Below, piece after piece: positions 30,576 to 39,891 of a stretch of 64,000 bases of DNA. The notes beneath the pieces were generated by a model, which was not told where the DNA came from, ran no database searches, and worked only from the letters and a program-made list of their open reading frames with translations. The stretch lies in IMG/VR virus record IMGVR_UViG_3300021256_000072, positions 32,001 through 96,000 of that record; one strand, written 5' to 3'. Position 1 is the stretch's first letter. Each line of letters starts with the position of its first letter. The translations under genes and the position numbers were made by a program. The stretch is from a virus. Its lineage: Duplodnaviria > Caudoviricetes.

Positions 30576-31165
30576 AATATATTATTTATTGTTGAGGATA
30601 CATGAGGGGCACCAGTAAATGGACAAATTGGAATTCCACAAAACCCTCCTTGGCCATCTGCATTAGAAACTCCTCCATTAGTTTTAAAAGTAGCATTAGA
30701 AATAGCGATATTATTTCCTCCTCCATCGATTGAAATATCATCATCAGCTTTTATATCTATTTTACCAGCTGATTCTACACTTACATTTCCATCAGAGTCG
30801 ATTACTACCTTTGTTTTCATTTTAGGAGTTTCGTCATCCTTATATGCAGAATCTTTATCAAATACTCCAATTGTGATAGTATCAGGAGTTATAGATATAC
30901 ACTTTCCTGCTGCTCGAATTCCAATAAAATTGTTTTCCTTAAGCTTGTAGTAGGTGAAGTAAGATTTATACATTTGATCCAAGCATTCTAATATTACTGG
31001 ATCTCCGACTTTGGGCTCATCTAATTCACAACTTTTTGGATAAGCTAATATTCCTTCCATAACTCCAGGAACATCAACTATAACTTCTCTATGCTCTTTA
31101 GATTTTTTAAGCAACTTGTGATTATCTACTGCTACTACTATGCCTAAATAATAATTGTTATTCAT
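30572..31165 (-). CDS. Baseplate central spike (gp5/gpV-like)
   Basis: OB-fold-like start (YLGIVVAVDN...EPKVGDPV), beta-helix-like run (VVIDSDGNVSVESAGKIDIKADDDISIDG) and Cys/His tip CGIPICPFTGAPH. Confidence 0.75.
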   Translation of the reverse strand: MNNNYYLGIVVAVDNHKLLKKSKEHREVIVDVPGVMEGILAYPKSCELDEPKVGDPVILECLDQMYKSYFTYYKLKENNFIGIRAAGKCISITPDTITIGVFDKDSAYKDDETPKMKTKVVIDSDGNVSVESAGKIDIKADDDISIDGGGNNIAISNATFKTNGGVSNADGQGGFCGIPICPFTGAPHVSSTINNIL

Positions 31166-31170
31166 TTTCT

Positions 31171-32286
31171 TTACATATTATTATCTTTGTCTAAACCATA
31201 AATTTCAGAAGTAACTGAAAAAGCAAGATGTTTATTATCAACAGCTCCTTCTGCTCCTTGGCCTGTCCAGAAGATCTTAAAACTTCCTATTAAATAATTC
31301 TTTGTTACTAATTCAGGAAGTGGCTCACTCTCTTTATCTGCCTTAGTAATACCTCCTCCTATTGTGGTTATTTCTACGACATCTCCTATTCTATAATCTG
31401 GGAATGTTAATGATTTGATTTCACCATTTGAATAGAATTTCGAAGCATAATATCTTGAATTATAACTAGAAGCTTCCATTAATGAAGAGAATCCTTTAGA
31501 AAATATATTATACGAATCCCTATAAATCCTAGAAGAAATATTTACTGGAGAATACTTTGAATAATCTTTTTTAGTAAGATTTTCAGGAAGGTCTTTACTT
31601 TCTTTTTCCCAAGGATCATAAGCGTCTAAATTTAATAGGGGTGATATGGTTCTTATTGGGAATCTAGTAAATACTCTCGTTTTTCCAATAAACACTTTCA
31701 ACTTATTACTATCTTCTAGAATAGAGCTTGATATATCTCTAATAAAAAGATTACCACTCATATTATAACCAAAGATAGTAGCTGGTCTCCATCCTAGTGC
31801 TAATTTATTACAAAACTCTTGACCGGTTTCATTAATTTGGTTTATAGGCAAAGACGTAAGATCAGATACTGGCTCTACATTAGTATCGTACTCAGGAAAA
31901 TAAGTTCCTATAGCGTCTTCTATATTTCCATAAGATTGAGATACTGGTTTTGTAATAAATTCATCATTTCCCTGTGCAGTGCATATAAAATTGATATCTA
32001 GAAAATTATTAAAGTAACTTTTAGATACAATAAATACAGGGATAGTTAAAATATTACTGTCGTTATTATTATATTTTATTTCAATAGTCCCGGTAGAAAG
32101 CTCAGATATTTTCTTTAAGGTGTCTTCTGAATTATAATGAGATATCAGTTTCATAAACCCTGAAGCGACTATCCCTCCTATTCGTTCCTCGAGAGATAGA
32201 ACAGAAATGCTAAACCAGTCTTCTGTAGTCCAAGGCTTAAAATAAATAGATATACCATTAACATCTCCATTAACCTCTTTACTCAT
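31171..32286 (-). CDS. Baseplate hub (T4 gp27-like)
   Basis: 371 aa between the gp53-like and spike genes; QINETGQEFCNKLA and YRIGDVVEI patterns. Confidence 0.6.
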   Translation of the reverse strand: MSKEVNGDVNGISIYFKPWTTEDWFSISVLSLEERIGGIVASGFMKLISHYNSEDTLKKISELSTGTIEIKYNNNDSNILTIPVFIVSKSYFNNFLDINFICTAQGNDEFITKPVSQSYGNIEDAIGTYFPEYDTNVEPVSDLTSLPINQINETGQEFCNKLALGWRPATIFGYNMSGNLFIRDISSSILEDSNKLKVFIGKTRVFTRFPIRTISPLLNLDAYDPWEKESKDLPENLTKKDYSKYSPVNISSRIYRDSYNIFSKGFSSLMEASSYNSRYYASKFYSNGEIKSLTFPDYRIGDVVEITTIGGGITKADKESEPLPELVTKNYLIGSFKIFWTGQGAEGAVDNKHLAFSVTSEIYGLDKDNNM

Positions 32287-32585
32287 AACTTAGTAATTAT
32301 ATCATCAATTGTTTCTTTGGGTAAAAGGTAAAGTTCACTCCCCTTCTTGAAAGATGAAAGGGAGGGACTTACCTGAAGAAGCAGTATACCCAAATAATCT
32401 TCTGACCCATAAAATTCTATTGCTACTAGATCGGGCCTATAATTTGTAGTAACTTTATGAAGATGTCTAATTAATCCTGGTTTATGCATTTCTTCTAGCA
32501 ATAAAGAATTAAAAATATCCTTATCTTCTATAAAATTAGCTAACTCAACCTTATTGGAATTTATTGTCTTATTTTGGGTAAACAT
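32283..32585 (-). CDS. Baseplate LysM-like wedge protein (T4 gp53 / P2 gpX-like)
   Basis: YRPDLVAIEFYGSEDYLGILL matches the RPD.IA...YG pattern. Confidence 0.7.
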   Translation of the reverse strand: MFTQNKTINSNKVELANFIEDKDIFNSLLLEEMHKPGLIRHLHKVTTNYRPDLVAIEFYGSEDYLGILLLQVSPSLSSFKKGSELYLLPKETIDDIITKL

Positions 32586-32588
32586 AAT

Positions 32589-34007
32589 TTAAAGAATATT
32601 ATTCTGTAAAGTATCAGTTCCAGTAGCTAATGTATTGGAATCGGTTTTAATTGACTGGGTATTATTTAAACTAGCGACCGTTTTCTTAGTTTTATACCTG
32701 TCAATCATGTCTTTCTTTCCATCAACTAGATTCTTACTGTAATTCTGATATACAATGTCTCTATCAAATTCATTATAAACTCCGTTAATAAATCTTTCCA
32801 ACATCTGACTCGTGTACTTAGTGATGGGTCTTAACTGCAATGTTACTTCACAGTATAATGGTGATAAGGCAGTCATATGTTTTTCTCCAGTTGCCATATC
32901 ATTTTCGAATCCAAACTTACTATCAGTTCCATTTCCTGAGACATAACCTGCAGCTGGATTTTTTACCATCTGCTTTGAAAAATTAAATGAAGCGGTTTCT
33001 ATTACTAAATTTGTGAGAGAGTATTGTGACCCTATTTTCAATTTCAGGGTACCTTTTTGGACTAAGTCTACGTCAGATGAATTAGCTCTGAAATCACCAG
33101 GAGGGGAATTCCATCCTAGAACACCATCAAATTTTTCACTAATAGTTCCAGGTAAATTCCAGTCTGTATATTGTCCAGAAACATAAGGGAGTAACTCTTC
33201 TACCTGCTCTAATACAGATAACATTACTGGTTCATTTTTAGAATTCACATACCATTTTGGGAATATAGTAAATTTCATCCCTAAGTTATTGAATCCTAAA
33301 TTTGTTCCGCCGTAATAAGAGAATCTAGCGCCATTAAGAATTAGAGACTTATTTAAATACTCATCTATAGTTTCACTTATATTCCCTAAACCCGAATCTC
33401 CTCCTAAGAACTTAACAATACCTTGAGCACCTTCATTAACCCAATTCGTTACCGTAGACATTATTAGTCCGTTATCTGGATTATTGGCCTGTTTTTCAAT
33501 TTCCTGAACAACCTCTTGCCCCATTCCAAAAACTTTCTTTGCCATAGGAGCGAAAGGTTTAATTTGATTCCAGACTTGCTCTACTACATCGCCACCTGCT
33601 TGTTGATAATTATTACTAACTGTTATATTGAAATCTTCGTTAGTAAAACAAGTGCACAATGGTTCTAAAAAATAGCCACAAACATCATCCGCGTTAGCTA
33701 TCTTTTTATTGCCTTCAGCAGAATTATCTCTATCTAATCTTCCATATGGGTAGTGAAGAAGTGCTACACCTTTTCTCAGAGCTTGAGTATTACAGTGAAG
33801 CCACTTAAATGCAGCACTTTTCTTACTACCTACTTCTTTTCCATCTTCGAACATTGTAGTAGTTTCAGTTACTCGAAGTGGAACCGAATTAGCATGAAGA
33901 GATACCGTTAATAATCTTGAATTACTAAAAATATTCTGCTGATCATCATAATACCATCCACAGAAAGGTTTATTTCGATCTATGTAGGTTTTATTATATC
34001 CTGCCAT
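32589..34007 (-). CDS. Tail tube initiator/baseplate cap (gp48/gp54-like)
   Basis: Between the tape measure and gp53-like genes; LVIETASFNFS...PLYCEVTLQL tube-fold pattern. Confidence 0.55.
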   Translation of the reverse strand: MAGYNKTYIDRNKPFCGWYYDDQQNIFSNSRLLTVSLHANSVPLRVTETTTMFEDGKEVGSKKSAAFKWLHCNTQALRKGVALLHYPYGRLDRDNSAEGNKKIANADDVCGYFLEPLCTCFTNEDFNITVSNNYQQAGGDVVEQVWNQIKPFAPMAKKVFGMGQEVVQEIEKQANNPDNGLIMSTVTNWVNEGAQGIVKFLGGDSGLGNISETIDEYLNKSLILNGARFSYYGGTNLGFNNLGMKFTIFPKWYVNSKNEPVMLSVLEQVEELLPYVSGQYTDWNLPGTISEKFDGVLGWNSPPGDFRANSSDVDLVQKGTLKLKIGSQYSLTNLVIETASFNFSKQMVKNPAAGYVSGNGTDSKFGFENDMATGEKHMTALSPLYCEVTLQLRPITKYTSQMLERFINGVYNEFDRDIVYQNYSKNLVDGKKDMIDRYKTKKTVASLNNTQSIKTDSNTLATGTDTLQNNIL

Positions 34008-34016
34008 AAATTTTTA

Positions 34017-37000
34017 TTAACTGTTCAATTCATTTTTTCGCCAATCATGAGAGCCTCGAATGACATCTCCTAACGCAATTAATATACCATTCATTTTTCT
34101 TTGATTAACTGCCAAACTAGCGATATTCTTATTATTTGCGATCTCTCTGTTTAGCTTTTCCTCCTCTTTTTTCTTAGCCTCTAATTCCTTATTCGCTTGA
34201 GTATTCTTCATGTTTGCTAATCTAAAGAGGTTGTTTACTCCTTGATCATCAATTTCAGTAGTGAAGTGATTATATTTTAATTGATTAACACCATCAATTT
34301 TACCTCCTTTAGGAAGATATAATCTATCTGTTATATCAGTTAATGCGGCTGGGTAAAATCCAGTTTTTCTACGTACTTCTTCCTGCCATTGATAATTAGT
34401 TAATCCAGGAGTTAAAGAGCCAGGATTATTTATATAGTAATTATAATCATTGTACTCTCTTCCTATAGAGTCGAGACTAATTGTACTATGAGTAGTCTTA
34501 GGAATATTAGAGAGAACTTTTGCTCTTGTTTCATCGAGTTTATTCTTGAAAGCACCCTTAATAGTATTTGCAGCGTCACTTGCTATTTTTCTTCCAGTGT
34601 CTATAACTAAATTAGTGCCATCTACAGCTATACTAGCAGCTCCAGTAAGAACATCTGTAATAAGAGAGTTACCATCAGAATTAACGTTTCCTGAAATTCT
34701 AGCATTTTTTATTCTACTAGCAAGCTCTTCATTACGACTTCTGTTGTAGAAAACTTTCTCATTGGTCCTTTTATTATTCTCATATTTCCAATTCCAGGCT
34801 TTACTTCCAGAATTATCTCCTGAATTATGAGATAAGCTAAAAACTGGTCTTTCGAATTCATCCATCCACCTAGCAGTTTTAGGGCCAATTCCTTCTACTG
34901 ACTGCATGGCAACTAATGATCTGTGACCGTGACCTTTATTCAAAAGTATTCCATAATCTGGAGTATATAAGAGTGCTGATACCTGTTCCTCAAAAGAAGC
35001 ATCCTTTATAGACTTTACAGGTTCAAGACCCCTTTCTTTTCGTTTGTCATTAATATGCTTTAGTACTGCTTCTTTCCAGGCTTTGTTAGTCCATTGAGCT
35101 ATACCTTCACCTGATCCTGATCCATTTGGTTGTTGAGCTTTTTCATTTAATTTTTCATTTAATCCAGACTCTGACATCAAATTACCTATTATTGCATTTT
35201 GATCATCAGGGTCTATTATTCCATTTTTATATAGCTCATTCTTCAAATAGGCTATTTTTGCAGCTTGAGATGAATTAGGTAAAACTCCATGTAATCCTAA
35301 TGAATTAGCCATCTTAGAATCTTGCTCAACTTGTGATCTAGCTTGAGTTTTAGCATCCTCTTTATTCTGTCTTTTTCTATCTCTCTTAGCTTTATTCGCT
35401 ACTTCTAAGTTGTAGAGTTCAGAATTTTCTCCAGTCCAAGATTTAGACCAGAAAAAATCGTCGTCAGCTGATGAATAATCTCTATTATTCAATAAAGTTC
35501 TATTTAAATAGTCAGAAGATTTATGGGCAAAGTCTAATGCTGCGCCTTCATTTATCTCTTTCTGAGTTATTAAGTCTTCAAGATTGTTAACACTATTTCC
35601 TAATCCGGCAGTTTCGAACAAAGATTTAAAATAGGCTACATCAATTGTGGCAATCAAAATCTTAGCCCTATTTAAATTTTCTTCACTATCAACCGGAATT
35701 AGGGTTTTCTTAGTAACTGAATCAACCAAATGAACGTCAAAGCATCTCTTCTCTATACTTTTTGCAGAAGCATCAGCATCAATCATTAAGGCCAATTCTT
35801 GCTGGGAAACAACATCGCCAATCCACTTTGGTAGATCTTTAATTACTTTAGCAGCTTCCTTATAATCAATTAGACCACCTGTCAATGGATTCCTATCTTT
35901 TACATAGGTCATTACCATATCAATGCAGTCCCAAGCCATTAAAGCCCAGCCAACATAAGGTATAGCTCTAGTTAATCCTTTAGAAGCAAACTTAGTAGCG
36001 ATCTTCTTAGCAGCCTCTCTTTGTGCTCTTTCTATAACTTTTGATTCTACTCCTTTCTTCAGTCCTTTCTTAGCTATCTTTTCTGCTGCTCGATTTGTTA
36101 CAGCTTTCTGGCTACCATTTCTAATTAGATAGTAACCAAGGGCTGAGTTAGCTGGAAAATAATCATAAAAAGCTGTTCCTGGAATACCGCTATAGATGTG
36201 ATTATTAATTGCCTTTTCTAATGCTGCAATACTTGGATTTTTTGCATGAGCTAATCGTAATAATTCCATAAGTGAAACTTTTCTCTTGATAGTATAAAAG
36301 TTTTCTATTAGAATTAATCCTTTACTTCTAGCTTCATTAATATCACTATCACTAAGCTTGAAAACTGTTTTTAAGGAGTTTAGATCAGTGGTAATGTATT
36401 CTCCGTTATTTTTACTATTAATATATTTCCTTAAACGGTCCATACCAATAGCAAATCCGGAATTATCAATCCAACCAGTATCTTTAGCATTCTTAACTAG
36501 ACTTTCCAATTCTTTTATTTGACGGAAAGAACTAAGAGAATCATCTGACAGCTTTTTACCATCACTAGTTAAGTTAAGGCTATTTAAAGATACGTTGCTA
36601 ATATATTTCTTGCTTTTGTCAGTATAGCTAATTAAATTTCCACGATACCAGTCGCCAGTTACTGGGGAGCCAACTCTTGATACATTGAATTTACTAATAG
36701 TGTGACCAGTACTGCCAGTTCTACTCATTATGGATCCATTGTCATTAAATCCAATTCCATACTCATAGCCGGCAGCATCTCGGAATTTAAGGATACGACC
36801 TCCACCAATCAGACCACCACTTTCGTTACTTACAGGGGATAATCCTAAATCTCTAAATATTTTTAGTTTATCCTCCCCTAAGAAGTCTCCTATTGGTGCT
36901 GCTGCGTACCTAGCTGGTCCTTGTCGCATCAGTTTATTCATGTTTTCATTGGTGATCAGACTATTTAAGACCCTACTTTTCCTCTCTGCGGTTGAGGCTG

Positions 37001-38228
37001 AGGTTGTTTTTTCATCACCTTTGAATATTTGCCTAAAAGACTCATTTTTATCATGCTCTTCGTAATCCCTTTTATAGGCTTCATTCATATTAATTCTACC
37101 TATAGCCTTAGAACCACCAAAAGCAATAGAAAGGACGTTCCCTAAATATCCTCCGAGCTCTCCAATTGCTCCTACAAAATTTTTATCTTTCAAATATTTC
37201 CCAAGATCTGGCGCAGGGAAATTCTTTATAGCTTCACTTCTCTCTAAAAATTTATCTGAGAAATAGTCCTTCATCTGTTCCCAAAGACCATAATTTTGTC
37301 CGTCTCCAATTATGATTCTTTTGAGAACATCTGAAACTGTATCACCTCTGTAAGGATTACCACCAAAGGCTTTAACTACTTGTGTTCCAAGAGGGCCTAA
37401 TTTTTTCTCAACTTCTGCAGAGAATTTATTTTTGTTGAGAGTAACTTTTCCCTCCTTTATTCCAAAACCAAAATGTTCAGCAGCACCCCCAAGAAAACCT
37501 TCTACCTTTCGCATTGTATTCATTAAGATTCTCCAGTTTCTCATGAACAGGTGAAATCCCATGAATATAAATAGCATCTTTAGAGGATTAACTAGAGTAT
37601 TTCCAATAGTTCTAGGATCAAGCATCTTAGACATAGTTTTGCCTAATCCTTCGAGTTTCCTCATCATTTTATTCTCGCTTCGTATGAGATTATCTTCTCT
37701 TTTCTCATACTCACGATTTCTAACTACTGCTTGCTGCTGCTGTCTAGCATAAGAATTAGCTAACCATATTTTAAACTTCTCAGTACTATCATTATTTGGA
37801 CTTCTGAAAGCTAATTCCCTTCCTTGAACAGGTCCTCCATAACCACCAATATTATTAGTAGTATTATTGTTAGTGGTATTATGAATTACTACATTTTGTT
37901 TTGTTACTTGTTGAGAATGTTGAGAAGTCCTTTGAAAACGGGGCCTTCCTAATCCATATTTACTTAATACAGCTTGCGTTCTGGGATCAACAGTCTGAGG
38001 TACTCCCACATTATTACTAGCAGCTATTTGAGCACCTTCCATCAGAGCCATATTTTGCTGTTGTTCCATACCCATAATGGTTCTCTGCTGCATTAGGTTT
38101 TCTTTTCTTTCCGCTTGAATTGCCAGGAATTGGTTTTGAGCTTTTTGCATCATTTCTAGCTCATTACCTTTATTAACTCGAGTCTGGTCAATTTGTCGGG
38201 TTCTTTTATCTAGACTCTTATCTGCCAT
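34017..38228 (-). CDS. Tape measure-like protein with phage tail lysozyme domain
   Basis: 1403 aa, helical and basic, with hydrophobic segments (RAIPYVGWALMAW). AIIGNLMSESGLN...GIAQWT...EFERP matches the Phage_lysozyme2-type muramidase. Confidence 0.75.
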   Translation of the reverse strand: MADKSLDKRTRQIDQTRVNKGNELEMMQKAQNQFLAIQAERKENLMQQRTIMGMEQQQNMALMEGAQIAASNNVGVPQTVDPRTQAVLSKYGLGRPRFQRTSQHSQQVTKQNVVIHNTTNNNTTNNIGGYGGPVQGRELAFRSPNNDSTEKFKIWLANSYARQQQQAVVRNREYEKREDNLIRSENKMMRKLEGLGKTMSKMLDPRTIGNTLVNPLKMLFIFMGFHLFMRNWRILMNTMRKVEGFLGGAAEHFGFGIKEGKVTLNKNKFSAEVEKKLGPLGTQVVKAFGGNPYRGDTVSDVLKRIIIGDGQNYGLWEQMKDYFSDKFLERSEAIKNFPAPDLGKYLKDKNFVGAIGELGGYLGNVLSIAFGGSKAIGRINMNEAYKRDYEEHDKNESFRQIFKGDEKTTSASTAERKSRVLNSLITNENMNKLMRQGPARYAAAPIGDFLGEDKLKIFRDLGLSPVSNESGGLIGGGRILKFRDAAGYEYGIGFNDNGSIMSRTGSTGHTISKFNVSRVGSPVTGDWYRGNLISYTDKSKKYISNVSLNSLNLTSDGKKLSDDSLSSFRQIKELESLVKNAKDTGWIDNSGFAIGMDRLRKYINSKNNGEYITTDLNSLKTVFKLSDSDINEARSKGLILIENFYTIKRKVSLMELLRLAHAKNPSIAALEKAINNHIYSGIPGTAFYDYFPANSALGYYLIRNGSQKAVTNRAAEKIAKKGLKKGVESKVIERAQREAAKKIATKFASKGLTRAIPYVGWALMAWDCIDMVMTYVKDRNPLTGGLIDYKEAAKVIKDLPKWIGDVVSQQELALMIDADASAKSIEKRCFDVHLVDSVTKKTLIPVDSEENLNRAKILIATIDVAYFKSLFETAGLGNSVNNLEDLITQKEINEGAALDFAHKSSDYLNRTLLNNRDYSSADDDFFWSKSWTGENSELYNLEVANKAKRDRKRQNKEDAKTQARSQVEQDSKMANSLGLHGVLPNSSQAAKIAYLKNELYKNGIIDPDDQNAIIGNLMSESGLNEKLNEKAQQPNGSGSGEGIAQWTNKAWKEAVLKHINDKRKERGLEPVKSIKDASFEEQVSALLYTPDYGILLNKGHGHRSLVAMQSVEGIGPKTARWMDEFERPVFSLSHNSGDNSGSKAWNWKYENNKRTNEKVFYNRSRNEELASRIKNARISGNVNSDGNSLITDVLTGAASIAVDGTNLVIDTGRKIASDAANTIKGAFKNKLDETRAKVLSNIPKTTHSTISLDSIGREYNDYNYYINNPGSLTPGLTNYQWQEEVRRKTGFYPAALTDITDRLYLPKGGKIDGVNQLKYNHFTTEIDDQGVNNLFRLANMKNTQANKELEAKKKEEEKLNREIANNKNIASLAVNQRKMNGILIALGDVIRGSHDWRKNELNS

Positions 38229-38237
38229 AATTTATTT

Positions 38238-38513
38238 CTAGTTATTATAAAAATCATCAATACTATCAAAACCTAGATCGTCTTTATTAGATTTATCAAA
38301 AGTTATTGTATTTCCGTCTCCTCCAAAAGGTAAATTAGGAAAATCAGGATCACTACCCGTTTCTTTGATAAACTTTTCGTAACATTTTTTAAGTTCTTCT
38401 AACTCTCTAAGGGAATAGTATTCGATATTATCACACTTTAAAATTTTATTTAAAAAGAATTTTATCCCCATTAATTGGGCAGTTGATATAGATGTCTCGA
38501 AAAAAGTCGACAA
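38238..38513 (-). CDS. Small tail assembly chaperone partner; independent start (TTG 38513 or ATG 38471) or frameshift extension of 38446-39195
   Basis: Overlaps the upstream gene by 68 nt in the +1 frame; directly precedes the tape measure gene. Confidence 0.5.
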   Translation of the reverse strand: MSTFFETSISTAQLMGIKFFLNKILKCDNIEYYSLRELEELKKCYEKFIKETGSDPDFPNLPFGGDGNTITFDKSNKDDLGFDSIDDFYNN

Positions 38514-39195
38514 TAAGCGAATTTACACTCATTGTCAATACCCTCCTTTCTCCGGTTTTAGAACAATTAGCGCATTCAATTTCAACGTCTTCCAATCGAT
38601 TAAAATATAGATCTTTTAGTGCTTGTAATAGGGTTATATCACTGTGAGTAGCACCTAATACAGCTTTTTCTATTTGATTTCCCTGAACATCTACGTTTTT
38701 AAATAATGAGATTAGTTTTATAACATCAAGATCTGTTACTGTTTTATATCTAACGTATTTATCCAAGACTTTCATAAAATCTCTAACGGTAGGAACTATA
38801 ATATCAAACATTTCATCCCCTAATGCAATCTGTGCGCCGTTCATTACTTTAGGATCTATTGCTTTAAAGTGAACGTCTTTCTCAAGGACCAGCTTTTTAT
38901 TTATCTCTTTATTGCAATAAGGGCAAGTAACTTTTACATTATAAGTTAAATTGCTACTTACTGTTATCAACTGCTTATAGAATATAATAAAGTCTAAATC
39001 CATAACATAACAGTCATAGATTCTAGGCTCTTCTTCGGCTAACATTCGTATATTATATAAATATTTCTCTAAATTATCTTTTGGACAATTTTGATGATAT
39101 TTATTAACTTGTAAAAAATTCATAGGAGAGATGTTTATAGATGAGAATTTATAATTACATCCTCCGCTTGGTAAATGTGTGGTTAGTATTTCCAT
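38446..39195 (-). CDS. Tail/baseplate hub assembly chaperone (T4 gp26-like) with two CxxC motifs
   Basis: HLPSGG start, CPYC and CANC; lies between tube and tape measure genes. Confidence 0.65.
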   Translation of the reverse strand: MEILTTHLPSGGCNYKFSSINISPMNFLQVNKYHQNCPKDNLEKYLYNIRMLAEEEPRIYDCYVMDLDFIIFYKQLITVSSNLTYNVKVTCPYCNKEINKKLVLEKDVHFKAIDPKVMNGAQIALGDEMFDIIVPTVRDFMKVLDKYVRYKTVTDLDVIKLISLFKNVDVQGNQIEKAVLGATHSDITLLQALKDLYFNRLEDVEIECANCSKTGERRVLTMSVNSLIVDFFRDIYINCPINGDKILFK

Positions 39196-39249
39196 AATAA
39201 TTTATTTTATATTAATCTATCAAAAATAAGGAAGATATTGTGAAAAGAC

Positions 39250-39288
39250 AAAAAAAGAAGAGGCACTTATTTTGTGTCCCTTCTTTTT
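39250..39288 (-). terminator. Intrinsic terminator after the tail tube gene
   Basis: Minus strand: GAAGGGACAC-AAAATAA-GTGCCTCTTC then U-tract, just after the stop. Confidence 0.7.
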
Positions 39289-39290
39289 CA

Positions 39291-39890
39291 TTAAAGATTA
39301 TCCCAATCTCTCTTGTAATGTTCAAATGATAAAGAGAGCTGAATGTCACTACGATCAGATCCATCAGTTTCTACACCATTTTCATTGAGAGAAGCGTCAT
39401 CAATAATACAATTGTAGAGAGTTATGGTTCTTACTCTCTGTCTACCAGTATTAAGAATCAACATCTGGCAATCAGCTACAAGATCACCTTTTCTAAAACC
39501 GTACTTCGTATTGCGATCTGATATCTTCTGTTTCCAGTCATCAACAAAATACGAAATAGCCTGATCCTCTCTATCAATGAATCCTAGAGTGACAGAACCG
39601 CCGGTCTCTTGACCGGTCTTCTGAATAATTCTGTAATTTCCACGCATTCTCTTTTCGAAACCATTTACGGTTCCAGAAATGCTAAGATTTGCATTCATCA
39701 ATCTCCTTTTGAAAATATCGTCACCAGGATAATATACAACCTTAGGAGGAGATATAATTCTGAACTCCCACAGATCTTCTCTAAGGAATTCTTTATTATC
39801 CTCTCTATAAGAATTCTCATAGTCGACGAAATTCATGTAGCCGTTACTCGATCTAACGAGATTCGATACTAAATCATTAATTCCTGCCAT
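39291..39890 (-). CDS. Tail tube protein (T4 gp19-like)
   Basis: 199 aa: FLREDLWEFRI, VTLGFID, FVDDWKQ, ITLYNC, IQLSLSFEHY. Follows a sheath-like gene and has its own terminator. Confidence 0.75.
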   Translation of the reverse strand: MAGINDLVSNLVRSSNGYMNFVDYENSYREDNKEFLREDLWEFRIISPPKVVYYPGDDIFKRRLMNANLSISGTVNGFEKRMRGNYRIIQKTGQETGGSVTLGFIDREDQAISYFVDDWKQKISDRNTKYGFRKGDLVADCQMLILNTGRQRVRTITLYNCIIDDASLNENGVETDGSDRSDIQLSLSFEHYKRDWDNL

Positions 39891-39891
39891 T

